Shown: positions 40,501 to 53,898, numbered from the whole stretch's first letter. The stretch is 63,945 bases of DNA, filler included, from Guillardia theta CCMP2712 (GCF_000315625.1; 5 parts of 5 records of this genome joined end to end with filler, not necessarily neighbours in it); one strand, 5' to 3'. The notes: generated by a model from the letters alone, not told the origin. Numbers and translations are program-made.

Positions 40501-43500
40501 CGCAATCGCCTTGGCAAGATCCTTCACCGTCTCAGTCTTCCCGGTCCCGGCCGGGCCCTCCGGGGCTCCTCCCAGGGAGAGGTGGAGGGCGCCGAAGAGG
40601 GTGCGGTAGCAGCGGTCAGTCAGCGGGGTGACAACTAGCCGCATGCTGTTGCCAAGGTACTCGTAGCCGTAAGCGAGGGACGCATTCATCATCCTAGTCA
40701 TCACCACCTCCTCCCCCTTCCTGTGCCATGGCGCGTCGTAGCTGGCGACCTGCAGGTAGTACCTCAGCTGGGAGTTCCAGTCGAACTCCTCGGGGGCAGA
40801 GCAGTTGTTGCGGATGAGCAGAGTGACGACGTCCTTGTTGTGCACGTCCAGGACAACCATGGCCCCGAGGATCAGTCGCACCTGCTTCCCTATCGAACCT
40901 CGCACGAGCTGCACGATGTCAGCCAGCTCTGCCTGCATCCGTTCCTCCACCGCTGTCACCCCCCGCACTCCTCCCTTCCTCAGCGCCTCCTCCACGTCCT
41001 TGGTCCAGAACAGACAGTCCGCAGCCAGCACAATCATCCCCGTCCACTCCTGCACGAACTGAGTCCTGGCCGTGTGCTTGTACGCCTCGAAGGCTCTCTG
41101 TCCGATATCCTTGAGCGTGTCTCGCATCGAAGTCTCCATCTCCAGCAGCCATCGCTCGACACTCCCTCTGTTTCTCTCAGCATCCGGCTCCACCGCCGTT
41201 GCCAGGGGAACAACCTCTCCCTCCCCGCTGACCATGGCCAGGATGTCAAGGTTCTTCTCGCCGCTCTGCAGCTCCTGCGGCGTCTTGCCCCGGAACTGAA
41301 CGTCGTTGATCGCCTCGAAGCACTTGGAGAGATGGGGCACCACCCGGCGGGGGTCCTTTGTCTCCGAGAGGATATCGAGGAGCTCGTCGTTGGAGAGGAA
41401 GTAGAACCTTGGGAAGGAGCTCCTTTTCGTCTCGAGGTAGTCGTTCAGTCCCTTCTGTACCACGTCAAGCATCTTGTTGCACTCGACGAAGTTCGCCTTC
41501 AGGTTCTCGATCGCCATGACCTGCAGCACCTGCGGCGCCTGGCTGGCCGCGTCCATGGTGGCCCTCCAGATCTGGTCCACCTTCTGAAACCTGCGGCCCT
41601 CAGTCGGCATCTGCCGCATGATGTCCGGGGAGGCGAAGATGGGCTCGAGGTAGAGCCAGGTCTTCTGCAGCTTCAGCCACTCGTCCAGTACTTCCTGCAT
41701 GTAGAACAGCCGGTGGTTCCACTCCAGCACCACGTTCTCCAGCGCCTTGGCGTACGGCGACCCTCTCATGGCCTGCACCTTGACGATCTGGTCGTCCAGC
41801 AGGGTTATGATGTCATCAACAGCCCGCACGACGAACGTCCCTGTGTCCTTGTAGGGCTGCAGCTCGAAGGTCAGGTCCCGCCAGTCTTGCTTCATCCTCT
41901 CCAGGTTCCTCTCGAACGAGTACTCCTTGCTTGCCACCTCGGAGATCTCCGTGATCACGTCCCCGTACTTCTCGATCCCAAGCTCCAGCATGTACTTGAG
42001 CGTCAGCGACACGTCCGGTTTTATCTCCACCCCGACCGTGGTTGACAGCTGGGCCCAGTGCCGGTCGCGCATGCCGGGGGTGCGGAGGCCCTGGATGATG
42101 GGGAGGTAGGGCTTGAACTGGTCCAGCTTCTCCTTGAGGATCTTGGCGACCTGCTGCGGCTCCTTCTTGCCCTCGAACGTTCTCTCAGCCTTGAAGGCGT
42201 ACTTCCACCACTGCATCACGTTCTGCTCGATCGTCTCGGCGTCCAGGGAGGTGAAGGGCCCGTACATCCAGTTGGGGAAGGAGCTGTTGAAGGCCGCGGC
42301 GATGGTCCAGAGGTTGGCGTACGGCTCGAAGTCCTTGGAGATCCTGTCAATGTCTTCAAAGTCCGTCACCTCCAGGTTGAACAGTTTCTCCCTGGAGTTG
42401 ACCAGCACCGCCTTGTCCTTGGCCTCTTTGAGCCTCATCTGGAGCAGCTGCACGTTGCCGGCGTACTCCTCCGCCGAGTCGAAGTCGGAGTAGGTATAAA
42501 GCTTCTCGATCTCCACCTCCACAGAGGACAGCTCTTGCTTGAACTCCACCGTGCTCTCGTGCAGCTCCTGCATGAACTTCATCCTCTCCTCTTCCTGCCT
42601 CTCCTGCGACTCGGCCCTGATCCTGATCACGTTGGACGGCTGCCCAAAGACCTCCCAGAACACTCCAACGTCGTGCTGGCTGATCTCAAACTGGAAATCG
42701 TTGAGCAGCTCAACATCCTTGCCGATGTCGGCGATCTCGATCTCCAGCTCGTTCACTTCCACGTGCAGCCCAGCGATGTACTCCTGCAGCTCTGAGAGCT
42801 CCTCCGCGGACCTCGGGATCTTCTTGATACGAGCGACGATGCCGTCGAAGTGTTCCTTGGTCGAGCTGCTCCTCTCAACCATCTGCCTGGAGACGCTGAG
42901 CAGGATCCGCTGGCTGACGTCGTTGACCTTCCCCTGCACGTCCTGCTTGAACTGCTTCAGCGCGATCTGGTGCATCCTCAGAGGGACTGAGTGCGGGAAC
43001 AGATCTTGGATCTTGTCCATGGAGCTCTTGAACCGCAGGATCTCAGCCCTGACGTCGGAGAGCGGGTGTGCGTTCTCCTGGAACTCGAGCATGTACTTGT
43101 CCGTGTCTGTCGTCACCAGGAACATGTGCGGGTCCAGCAGGTGGAGGAGAGCTCGGGGCGCGAAGAAGCTGTCGGCAATGCTGGCCTGGACGGAGTGGAT
43201 GCAGTCAACGAAGAAAGGGTCCTGGGGGTTGAGGAAGACTAGTTTCTTCTGGTCGGGGATGGCGTCGATGACGTCGATGGAAAAGGGAGGGAGGTCGTTG
43301 AGCTTGGCGAGCATGGAGTGAATCACGTCGGCAACTCGCGCCTGGATCGTCTCCTCCTGCGGGAGGAAGCCGACGGCCAGCTCGTCCGACGAGTAGGTGA
43401 CGGACAGGTTGAAGATAGGCGGCCACTGACAGAGGGTCCCGTAGACCAGGTTCGCAGGAAGCTGCTCCTGTTCCCCCCAGAAGTTTCCCTTGGCGTCCTG

Positions 43501-45525
43501 GCCGTCGGCAGGGCGGGGAAGTCGGTTGAAGGACTTGAAGTGCAGGGTGAACTTCTCGACGTCTCGCATCACCGCAGACCGCAGGATGTCCGCTAGCATC
43601 TTGTTCGCAAGCACGCAGAGACGCATGTACTTGACCCGGCTTGACGCCTGCATCGTGTGCTCAGGCCCGAACAGGTTCTCCTCCTCCGAGTAGGCGCTCA
43701 GCACGGCGTCGCTCATGGAGTCCATGACAACTTCCATCATGTGGTTGATGCTGCTGGTGAACGCTGAAGTGTGCAGCTCAACAAACTCGTCGATGGTGAC
43801 GGTCCTGCTCATGGTCCACAGGAAGTCGCACTTGTATATGCTCATGGCATGCTTCCGGATCGTCTGCAAGGCCTTGAGCATGAATCTCGAGGACCACGAC
43901 AGGTTGTTCTCCACAGACCCGCGCGAAGATCGGAAGTTGCCCTTGACCTCAGTCAGCGTGTCATGGATGGCAGAGACTGACAGGTCCTCGGGGAAAGGCC
44001 TGACGAAGCAGGCCCCGAATCCAGGCAGCCGGATGTTGCGGGGGGGGAGGCGGCGTTCTCCCTCCACAAAGATCGGGTCGACCATGTGCCGAGGGTCGTC
44101 GGCAGGGTAGGAAACTCTGTGGTAGACCAGGTTCATCGTCCTTGCATACTGGTGCAGCACTTCCTCTACCAGCAGCTGCTGCCCCTTCACGCGCTCTTGC
44201 CACACCTTGGACGCCCCAAGCCGCTGCACCACAGCATGGAACTGCTGGGGGAGGAGCTGCTGAGCCTGTACAGTCGACATCTTGTCGACGATGCGCTCGT
44301 AGCGAAAGATCTCCTCACATCGCTTTCTGTTGTCCAGCGCCTGCAGCCGGCGCCTTGTCACGTGGTCCACTGACTCGAAAGGGTGGAAGCAGATATTCAG
44401 CCTGCTGACCCACTTCTGCTTATCGTTGCACAGCCACTGTATGAGAAACGAGGCATCCTCCGTCCTATGGTCGAGGACCCTGCACGGCTGCCAAGAGGAG
44501 GTCCCGTCGTTGTAATGCCACAGGGACAGAGCTACCTTATCGCTCTCCTCCTCCTGGTCTGAGAACTGCACGAAAGCATCGGTCTCAAACGTGTGATCGT
44601 CGAAGTAGTCCAGCGGGAAGAAAGAAGGAGTCTGGAGCTTGGAGTCCTCTGAGTCCTTGTCTTGCAGCATCATGTTCAGATCATGCTCTTCCTTCTCCCT
44701 CGCAACTGCCTTCACAATCTCGTTCAAGTCCGTCGTCGTTTTCTGTGTCCACTTTGTTTGCGCGAAAGAGCGGTTCTTGGTCTTGTCAAGCCGCACGGTG
44801 TCGGTGGAGCCGATCAAGCTCTGGAGACCATGCAGCGACCGCTTGCTCAGGGTGTGTCTTGGAACATCGACCTCGCGCTTCTTGCTCCCGATGCTGGGCG
44901 GTTTGTACGTGTGCTTGACGATGCTTCTATCGTTCTCCTCGAACTCCACGAAGCTTTCTAATGCTCCGTCCTTCTCATCTGCTCGGGCGTCTACATCGGG
45001 CCCGCGCGTCTTGGCACTCGCAAAGGGAAATTTCTTGACGGTGTCCTTGACTAGGTACGTTGGCTCCTTCAGTTTCTATCAACATGGTCAGAGTGCTGAC
45101 GTGCCTTCCAACGAGCTGCCAGTGCCCTACCTTCATCTCCATCTCCACCTTGCTCGGGAGCTCCCTGGCGAGTGTGACCCTGGCTGCTGGTTGAGAAGAG
45201 GAGGGGAACAGCATCAAGATCGACCTCCACTCGCCCACTTTGGGCTGTTTGGTGACCATGGAATGCTTCGTTGCAACGAATCCTGTTAGTCCACGAGTCA
45301 GCCAGCTAGCAGCGGTGATGGAGGAGGGGGAGGAGGATTGATCACCCTTGTCCGTTGGGATAGACTGATCCTTGTCAGACTTGGCATCCTCGAACTGTCC
45401 GGTTACGAGCAGTCATATAGAGCGTTGAAGACCAATGCGAATTCAACCTTGATGAATCGATGGAAAGCATCTTCAGTCCTCTTCGGCCTGTCTTCAGGGA
45501 TGGCGCCTTGCTCCGTCTCGCTCAT
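37598..45525 (-). CDS. Axonemal inner-arm dynein heavy chain, DNAH1-like; truncated after AAA3 by a linker
   Basis: Linker motifs WLYLEPIF and FPRFYFLSNDELL. AAA1 GPAGTGKT, CFDEFNRI, FITMNPGYAGRSELPDNLK. AAA2 [25 protein letters not shown]. AAA3 GDTGTGKS. The N-terminal WVSRLNICF...LDNRKRCEEIFRY segment resembles DNAH1. Confidence 0.97.
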
Positions 45526-46024
45526 TGTTGTTCCTCGTCTTTCATACCTGGTCCAAGCACAAAGGTCACAGCCCTTCAACTTGTAACATGACCTAGCAGC
45601 AGCGATCTAGGAATCGATCATCACTTTCCATCCTCCTGGCCCTTATGTGTTCTTGATCCAGCTACATCACCAGTAAGCCTCCTCCTCTCCCCATGTTCCT
45701 CGGATCGAATTGTCGTATCCTACACAGTCTGCTCCTCCTCTCTTTCCTTCTGCTCCTTCTCTCTTTCCTTCTCTTCCCCATTTTAACCGCAGCCGTTGAC
45801 TAGTTTTTCAACCCGCGCCTCGCTGACCATGGGTGACCCCTACTTCTGTACACCCCACCTATCCAAAGAAGGGAAACAATATACCAAATGACCCGTACTG
45901 ATGGCCTACCCTACCCCGATGAAATTTGTCAAACCTTGTCACTAAAACATACTGCCCGGTACCGTGACACAACATGGACCGGGCCCCGGGCCCGTGGGCG
46001 ATAGTCACTGAGTACTAGGAGATC

Positions 46025-46340
46025 AGCGAGAGAGCGAGAGAAGCGGCGGAGATGGTAACTATCTACTTCTGTAGTACTTGCTAGGTGCTTAGATGAGACT
46101 ACTAACAGTGTGCTTAGAGGAGATGGTGAGTATTCTACTTTCTGAGTGCTTAGAGGAGATGGTATCTACTTTCTGAGTGCTTAGAGGAGATGGTGACTAT
46201 TCTACTTTCTCAGTGCTTAGAGGAGATGGTGACTATCTCTCTTTACTCAAAGTTAAGTTAAAAATCTGTAGTACTTGCTAGGTGCTTAGATGAGACTACC
46301 AACTGTGCTTAGAGGAGATGGTGACTATTCTACTTTCTAA
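46025..46340. repeat. Degenerate minisatellite, core GTGCTTAGAGGAGATGGTGACTATTCTACTTTCT, with a duplicated ~65-nt block
   Basis: About 6 imperfect copies; blocks at ~46068 and ~46265 are near-identical. Confidence 0.85.
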
Positions 46341-46492
46341 GTTCCATCTCTCCGAGTCAGTCTCTGAGTGCTGGTTCTTGAAGCGAGGCTCGATGAACTT
46401 GTTAGGAGAGACGTCCAATCACATTCATTGCAACAATAATTGCATTGCTATCTTGAAACTGTCTGTACCGGCCCAGAACGCCGGCTCGATTA

Positions 46493-49400
46493 TTATCGCA
46501 GCATCTCGAGAACTTGCGTCATGGTGGGTCTGTCGCTGCTGTTGTGGCAGAGACATCTGGCCATGAGGTCGGAGATCTTCCTCGTTGACGTGCTAGGGAT
46601 TTCAAGTTTCTTCTGTCGGATGCAGACGGCGGTGATGACCTGCATGGCACGTCAAGGCTCGATCAAGGCATGTACTCATGACCTCAATCGCGTTTGTGCA
46701 TTCAGAGTGAGGAATGAATGCGGTTTCAATCTGGCAAACAGGCGATATCACAACTTCGCAAACAAAGTGCAGCAAAAACCTCCCACAACACAACCCCAAA
46801 GCTGTACACATCTGCTCTGATGTAATCTTCCGGCTGAGTGACGACGTCAGATGAGAAGAAGGCAAGCAGCGAAGTAGTCTCGTTTGCTGACTCACATTTT
46901 GACACTCTCCTTTCAAGATCTCAGGTGCTGACCATGCAGGAGTACCGATGCTTGCTCCTGCTGTCGTCGTGACGCTTCCTATTTCTTTTGACAACCCAAA
47001 ATCACAAATCTTGCAAGCATTCTCTGTCGTCAAGAGAACATTCAAGCTCTTGAAGTCCCTATGTGCAATCTGCAAACCTGATCACTCCTTTCTGTTTCAA
47101 TCAACAGTTTGATCTCACCTCTTTTGCATGAAGGTATTCGAGACCGAAAGCAAGCTCCGTCATGATTCTAACACGTTCTGCCTCAGCCGGGACTCCGTAC
47201 GTGTCGAGGTGATCCCGCAAATCTCCTCCCTGCCTCCTTGTCAGCATCATCCGACTCACAAGCACTTGACCTGTACACACCTGGGCTAGTTCGGTCACTA
47301 GGATCGGACTAGTAGGGTCGTCGGTACAGATCCCGAACATGCGAAGGACGTAGGGGTGAGACAGGCGGCAGAGCAGGTCCATCTCTCTGGAGAAATTGTC
47401 CTGAGCTTTGCGCATCTGAGTCATGTTGTATCCTCGCATGTCAAAAACTTTGGCGCAAACTGCCTGGTTGGAGTAGGTTGCACGATACATCAAGCAAGAC
47501 CCTCCCTTAGCAAATGGCTCTGCCTCCAGCTGTAGCTGCGAGGCAGGGATGGAGAAGCGCTCGAGGTTGGAGGATCGCCGCTTCAAGGACGCTTCTTTCC
47601 CGCTGAGACGGGTTGCTTGCTCCAACACCTTGTTCACATCACTCCGCAGACTCTGGATCTCACCTGGGACAAGCATCACAACTATCTAATGAAGCTTATC
47701 CATCACCTCCCAGACTCTGCAGCTGTTCCAACACAGGTCAGCTGCCTATCCATCTGAGGAAGCAGTGAAGAGCGATGCAGGATCTGGTTGACTTCTATGC
47801 GCGTGTCTGCCTGCAGTCGGCGCATGAGGTTGCTTGTCACGAGCTCCAACTGAGCTTGCACTTCCTTGGACTGGGTCTGTCTCGTCATGTTCAGCAAAGT
47901 TGAAGTCTCAGACTCATCACGTCTCACAAGGAAATTCTTCGAGGTCCAGAAGGCTAACAAGCTGCCGGCAACCCCCCGCGACTTTTCATGGCGAGATGTG
48001 ATCAGGTCGCGATATTGCTTAAGCTTGTGCAGAACTTGGTCAAGCAGCTGCTTCGTGATGCCATCCAGTCCCTTCACTTGCTCAGCAAGCCTGGCAAGGC
48101 TGACCATCACCCCGGAGCACCAGGCGGACATTCTTTGACACTCTTGCTCGGCAGCCCTGTAGATGTCAACATGCCTCTTGATTTCACTGAGGACCTCGAA
48201 GATGCTTCCAAAGATCGGAGCTGCTTTGCCAATACTTAACACACAGTTTGCAACGCTTCCAGCTACATCTTGCACCCAAGGTGTTCCTGTAAAGACCATG
48301 TCTTCAAGGTCTGAGGTCTTGTCATCCAAGGATGACAGGTCAGACATCAAGTTAGCTTCTTTGCTTTCCTTAGGGTTGGATGAAGAGCTTGATAATTTTG
48401 CCCGTTGTCTTCGTCTTCTGTAAAAATAAACACCAGAGGTGACGATGACAACAGCTGCTGCTCCGCCAATTATCGCTCCAATAATAGCGACGCTCGGAGA
48501 GGATGACTGTGCTGTTGAAAAACTAGTATCACAATCATGACCAAGATGTTTGTCAAAATCAATGGATCGGCAGGGAGGAACGCAAAAAACACAATTGTTC
48601 TCACAAAGAATATGAATTCGAAATACTTTGAGTGGATGCGGCGGCAGCAGCAGGAGGAGTTAAACTTATTTGCGACGTGTTAGGCGCTGACAGAAGAGAT
48701 CAACTAAAGCAGAAGAGGTCGAGAAAGGGATAAAAATAATGCAACAATCATTCGTGTGTGATATTCTGAAACAAGCCTACCCGGCATTGACAAGGTTGTG
48801 GGTGCCGCGGTTGTTGTCGCTGGTATAAACAGATCAGATCATGAGAAGCACAACGACAACCTTGGAGGTGAAAACGAAAGAACATGGTCAAACAACAAAA
48901 CTTCTTGGAGTAACCTTGTGGTTGGACGGATGGAGTGATTGCCAATGAGTAAGTCGTATCCGAGGTACAAACACAATCGCATGGTCCTGAGATGCTTGGA
49001 TACTCGCATGCTATTCCAGTCTCAACCAAACAAGGGCATAGAGAACAAGTTTGGTCTAAAAGAATTTTTCGAACTGAACTTTGAACTGAGGAGTTTGCAT
49101 CCAAGACGTACAACCATGGAGTGGCATCCGACATTGCTAACTTGGCTGGATAATAGAAAGTTGCTGTTGATGCTCCCCCATCTTGCGAGCCTACTTGACC
49201 CGAACCAGCCAGCCTGTAGGTAGTTCCGTCTTGGATGGACACTTTTCTTACCTGACTGTTGAATCCATCAGCAACATAGAGCCACAGCCCGTCCTTTGAC
49301 ACGGCGATGTCGAAACCGTACACGAGCGACACGGGCGGCATGACGGGAGGAGCGACCAAATTCCAAACGTCAACACCAGGCAAGGCAGTGACTTTCCCAT

Positions 49401-50304
49401 CAAGGAGAGAAACCTTTTTGATTCGAAAAGTGCTGTAATCGGCGACGTACAAGAAATCGTTGCTCGGAGACACAGCCACATTTTGCGGAAAATTCAAGTT
49501 GACGGAGTTCAAGGTGTGCACGACACAACTGTTAGGCGATGCGAATATATCAGAGATAGCAGGGTTGTAGACGATCACCCGGACTGCATGGTTCTGTGTG
49601 TCGGCCACGTAAAGGCATTCTTGTACTGCAGGGCAAGGATCCACGCATGTAGCAGTGTAGAAAGCATCCCTGCGGCACGTTCCCGTAGCCATCCCAGTGG
49701 GATAGTTGAAAGCTGAATCTTTGCACGTCCCGTCCAGGTATCCGGGCTGGAGACGACTACTAGCAAAGATAATCGTTTGTGAACTCACGATTAAACCGCC
49801 TGTGGTAGTGTTCAAGAACAATCTCATTATCTGATGCATCCCCGTGTCTGAAATGAAGATATTCTCTGCATTCACTGCAAGTCTACATCTTGGAGGTCGT
49901 CCGGCTGCGGTCTCTTCAAATGCAGGAGACTGATAAATCATCGTTCCCTGCATTCCTTCTTGAAAAGCAGTGACCTGCCAGATAGATCCGTCCATTCCAA
50001 ACAGATACAATGATTCTCCGTCGTGCGAGGTCGCAAGGTCAGCGTCACACAAAACCGAAGAGTGTATTGACGTTGTATGAGAGCGAACGACACTCTCAGC
50101 CACCGACCCGCTAGCCTGGCTCTGGCATGTTGAAACACATGTTGAGTGCCATACGTTGGTGCAAGTTCCCCCTCCTGGCCATGGTATCACTTCAGAGCTG
50201 TAGACCGAAGGTGCCTGGCGCCAGACGAGCAGGAGAGCTACTCGGATGCGCGACAGCAGCATGGGCCTGCCATGGCGTTGCTTCAGTCTTGGGCGGGTGG
50301 ACAT
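46493..50304 (-). CDS. Single-pass receptor-like TKL kinase: signal peptide, NHL-repeat ectodomain, TM helix, MLKL/MCAfunc-like helical domain, kinase
   Basis: NHL repeats FNYPTGMA, LYVADTQNHAVR, LNFPQNVAV, LYVADGFNSQVRK. TM VAIIGAIIGGAAAVVIVTSGVYFY-RRRR at 48420-48491 is in frame with the 47703-48350 ORF. Kinase motifs VCAK, IAHRDFKSLNVLL, DFG, GTPAWSAPE, DVYSFGVVLWE. Stop at 46493. Confidence 0.88.
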
Positions 50305-50495
50305 GCCCCCGGTAACTCGATGCTGGAACCTGGCTGGAACCTGGTTGGAAATTTCATGGGCAAAAAATCCAAACAGATTTCAAAAGCTGTGTCAGAAATA
50401 TTAAGGCTAGCAACAATAATTTGAAAACATGTGAACAAATATAGAACGTAATGAGATACAGTAAATAGGCCCGGGACTTACAAATCACATTTAGG

Positions 50496-50837
50496 GAATG
50501 ACTCACCAGCAGGAATGACCCGCAGGAATGACCAGCAGGAATGACCAGCAGGAATGACCAGCAGGAATGACCAGCAGGAATGACCAGCAGGAATGACCAG
50601 CAGGAATGACCAGCAGGAATGACCAGCACGCGGCAGGAATGACCAGCAGGAATGACCAGCAGGAATGACCGTACCAGCAGGAATGACCAGCAGGAATGAC
50701 CAGCAGGAATGACCAGCAGGAATGACCAGCAGGAATGACCAGCAGGAATGACCAGCAGGAATGACCAGCCTGGCAGCAGGAATGACCAGCAGGAATGACC
50801 AGCAGGAATGACCAGCAGGAATGACCAGCAGGAATGC
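50496..50837. repeat. 13-bp tandem repeat (AGGAATGACCAGC)n, about 25 copies
   Basis: Directly visible, with a few short interruptions and no unique spacers. Confidence 0.97.
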
Positions 50838-51497
50838 CATGATGACGCCACTGGGCCACTGGCCAGGACTGATGACCCTGGCAGCAGGCCTGACCCCCGG
50901 GGCCGCCGAAATGGGGCCCGGCCAGTCCGATCCGACCTGGCACCGCCGGGTTTCGTCCAATGCCAAAGCCTGACGAGCACAATGAATGAGAAACAGTGTC
51001 ACACCGTTCAAATTTCTAAGCCTACCGGCACAACAGTCGGCTCTCAGGCCGGAGGCTCGCCGTTTGGCCTGTGCGACAGTCACTGAGTGTCCGATCAGGG
51101 ACTTGATTTTTAACTTAACGGAAGTTTGACGGTAAAGGATCACCGATTCTACCGTGAGTCTACAAGTGGAACTGATTTGCCACTGGCTGGAATTTCTTGA
51201 CTCCCGGCCCGGCCCCGGCCCGGTCACCCGGGTTCCGGGCCAGGCCGGGGGTCAGGGCCCCGGTGACCGTAAGTCACTGAGCCTCCGCGCCCGGCATGGG
51301 ACCGCCCGGTCGGCCCCCCGGGCCTGATGAGAAAGCAGATGAGGCTAGCGTGAATGGAGGATGCTGCCTGAGGAGAGGAGAGAGGAGAGAGGAGAGAGGA
51401 GAGGAGAGAAGAGAGAGGAGAGAGGAGAGAGGAGAGAGGAGAGAGGAGAGAGGAGTGAGAAGAGACAAAATATCGTATGACATTGTATTTCTTCTAG

Positions 51498-52720
51498 ATG
51501 GTGCGGCAGGCTCGGTTGTTGCCCATGCTCTTCATCCCAGCCGTTCACTCCTTCTCCATCTCTCTCCATGGCTGCAGGTAGCATGCACACGTCTCTTCTC
51601 CTGTTCCTCACCCTCAAGCCAGGATGCTCTCACTCCGCTCTGCCCTGTCAAGGCGAGGAGAGGAAGGGTCCTTGCTCAAGGCGCTCACCCTGATGTCAGG
51701 ACGCACGCTCGACACTTGTCAACTCAGAGGATGTGCGATGGTACCTCCTCTCCTTGCGCTGACCCTCCTCTACTTGCGCTGACCCTCCTCTCCTTGCGCT
51801 GACCCTCCTCTACTTGCGCTGACCCTCCTCTCCTTGCGCTGACCCTCCTCTCCTTGCGCTGACCCTCCTCTCCTTGCGCTGACCNNNNNNNNNNNNNNNN
51901 NNNNNNNNNNNNNNNNNNNNNNNNNNNNNNNNNNNNNNNNNNNNNNNNNNNNNNNNNNNNNNNNNNNNNNNNNNNNNNNNNNNNTACTTGCGCTGACCCT
52001 CCTCTCCTTGCGCTGACCCTCCTCTACTTGCGCTGACCCTCCTCTCCTTGCGCTGACCCTCCTCTACTTGCGCTGACCCTCCTCTCCTTGCGCTGACCCT
52101 CCTCTCTGACCCCACGTGCAGCATCGGCGGAGCAGCGAGTGAGTGTTACCGGTAAGGACGTAACGTGGCGGCTAGTGCTGAAAAAACGGACATGCTCGCA
52201 GGATCAGTGTACGAGGGGCCTCCGGAGTCTCCCAGGGTCACCTTGTTCACCAAGGCTGACTGCACTCTCTGCGATAAGGTTGCTGCTTGTCTCGGGTTGA
52301 GCGGTGCCATGTCGAAACTTCTCCTCCTTCCTTTCCCACCTGCCTGCCCTCCTGCCCTCCTGCCCTCTGCCCTCCTGCCCTCCTGCCTGCCTCCCCTTCC
52401 CTCTTGGCTGCCTGCCCCACTGCCTTCCCTGCTTGCCTGCTGCCATCCTCTATCCCTCCCTCCCTCATGTCGCTTCTGAGTGTGAGGACAGGTGAAGGTT
52501 GTGCTGAAGGACTGCAAGGAGAGTCATCCCCACAGTCTGTCGCAGGTGAGCGAGAGGAGAAGAGCAAGTACAACAAAGTTGCGTGATAGGCATGAGGAGA
52601 CTGATTGCAAGTGGTCATTGAGATGATGGAGATGATGATGATGGAGATGATGATGATGGAGATGATGATGGAGATGATGATGATGGAGATGGAGATGATG
52701 ATGATGGAGATGATGATGGA

Positions 52721-52761
<41 letters not shown>

Positions 52762-52969
52762 CGGAGATGATGATGATGGAGATGATGATGGAGATGATAG
52801 TGGAGATGATGATGATGGAGATGGAGATGATAAATTCGAGATGATGGAGATGATGATGGAGGAGATGATGATGGAGATGATGGAAGAGATGATGATGGAG
52901 ATGGAGGAGATGATGATGATGATGGAGATGGAGGAGATGATGATAGAGGAGATGATGATGGAGATGAGA

Positions 52970-53033
<64 letters not shown>

Positions 53034-53742
53034 ATGATGATGATGATGGAGATGATGATGGAGACGATGCTGGAGATGGAGGAGATGATAGTGGAGATGA
53101 TGATGATAGTGGAGATGATGGAGATAGAGATGGAGATGATGGTAGGAATGGAGATGAAGACAATGAGGAGGAGGAGCATTCATACTCGACTGACTATAAA
53201 TTGCATCATCAAAGATTGACATCACGGATCCGGAGCATGAAGACTGGTGGAAGCGGTCTTGACAATCTCGATTGGAAGTTGATCGGTGACGTTGCTTGCA
53301 GTTACAAGTACGACATCCCTGTACTTCACCTCAACGGACTCTACTGGACGAAGCACAAGTTGGACATGGCGGCAGGTTTGAGGTGTTTGGAGGAGCAGGT
53401 AAAGTTTTTTGACGACGCAACAGCGGGGGAGGCGTTGGAAGCAGCAAGAAAGTGAGTGAAGGGCTGCGGCAGTGATAGCTTGTTGTAGAGTGTGGATAGA
53501 TATTCTACGGCGCACATTGCGCATGTTTGTGGTGATTCTTTGGTTTGGATTTATTGATAAGATTCTTGTCCTTCAGTTGTTTTGATTTGTCGATGGTTCT
53601 TGATCTTCTTGTTCTTGTTCTTGTTCTTGTTCTTGTTTTCTTCTTGTTTTCTTCTCTTGCTTGTCTTTCCACCTCACGTTCTCTCAGCGGATCTTTCAAG
53701 CAGCAACGAGGCGAGCCTGACGCTTCTCGTTTGGAACATTAA
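51498..53742 (+). CDS. Glutaredoxin-like (DUF836-type) protein with a probable bipartite leader
   Basis: VTLFTKADCTLCDK | VKVVLKDCKESHPHSLSQ | IDITDPEHEDW | YKYDIPVLHLNG | ...GEPDASRLEH*. N-terminus MVRQARLLPMLFIPAVHS-F. Confidence 0.82.
51745..52106. repeat. 20-bp tandem repeat (TTGCGCTGACCCTCCTCT[C/A]C)n, intronic, containing a 100-N gap
   Basis: Directly visible on both sides of the gap 51885-51984. Confidence 0.95.
52620..53165. repeat. (ATG)/(GAG)-rich microsatellite, intronic
   Basis: Directly visible between glutaredoxin-like exons. Confidence 0.95.
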
Positions 53743-53898
53743 AAATGTGACAAGGCAACCAAGATTGAAACATGCCGAGAGAAGGAGGGAGGGAGGGAGG
53801 GAGGGAGGGAGGGAGGGAGGAGGAGGAGGAAGAGAGAGGAGGGAGAGGAGGGAGAGGAGGGAGAGGAGGAGGAGGAGGGAGAAGAGAGGAGGGGGGGA

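Noticed and set aside
40723-43321. Long plus-strand ORFs opposite dynein
   Set aside because: Antisense shadows caused by GC3-rich codon usage; no recognisable motifs.
50496-50837. 13-bp array as a CRISPR or as the Cys/His-rich ORFs 50354-51227
   Set aside because: Head-to-tail units with no unique spacers, no cas genes and a eukaryotic context; the ORFs are translations of the repeat.
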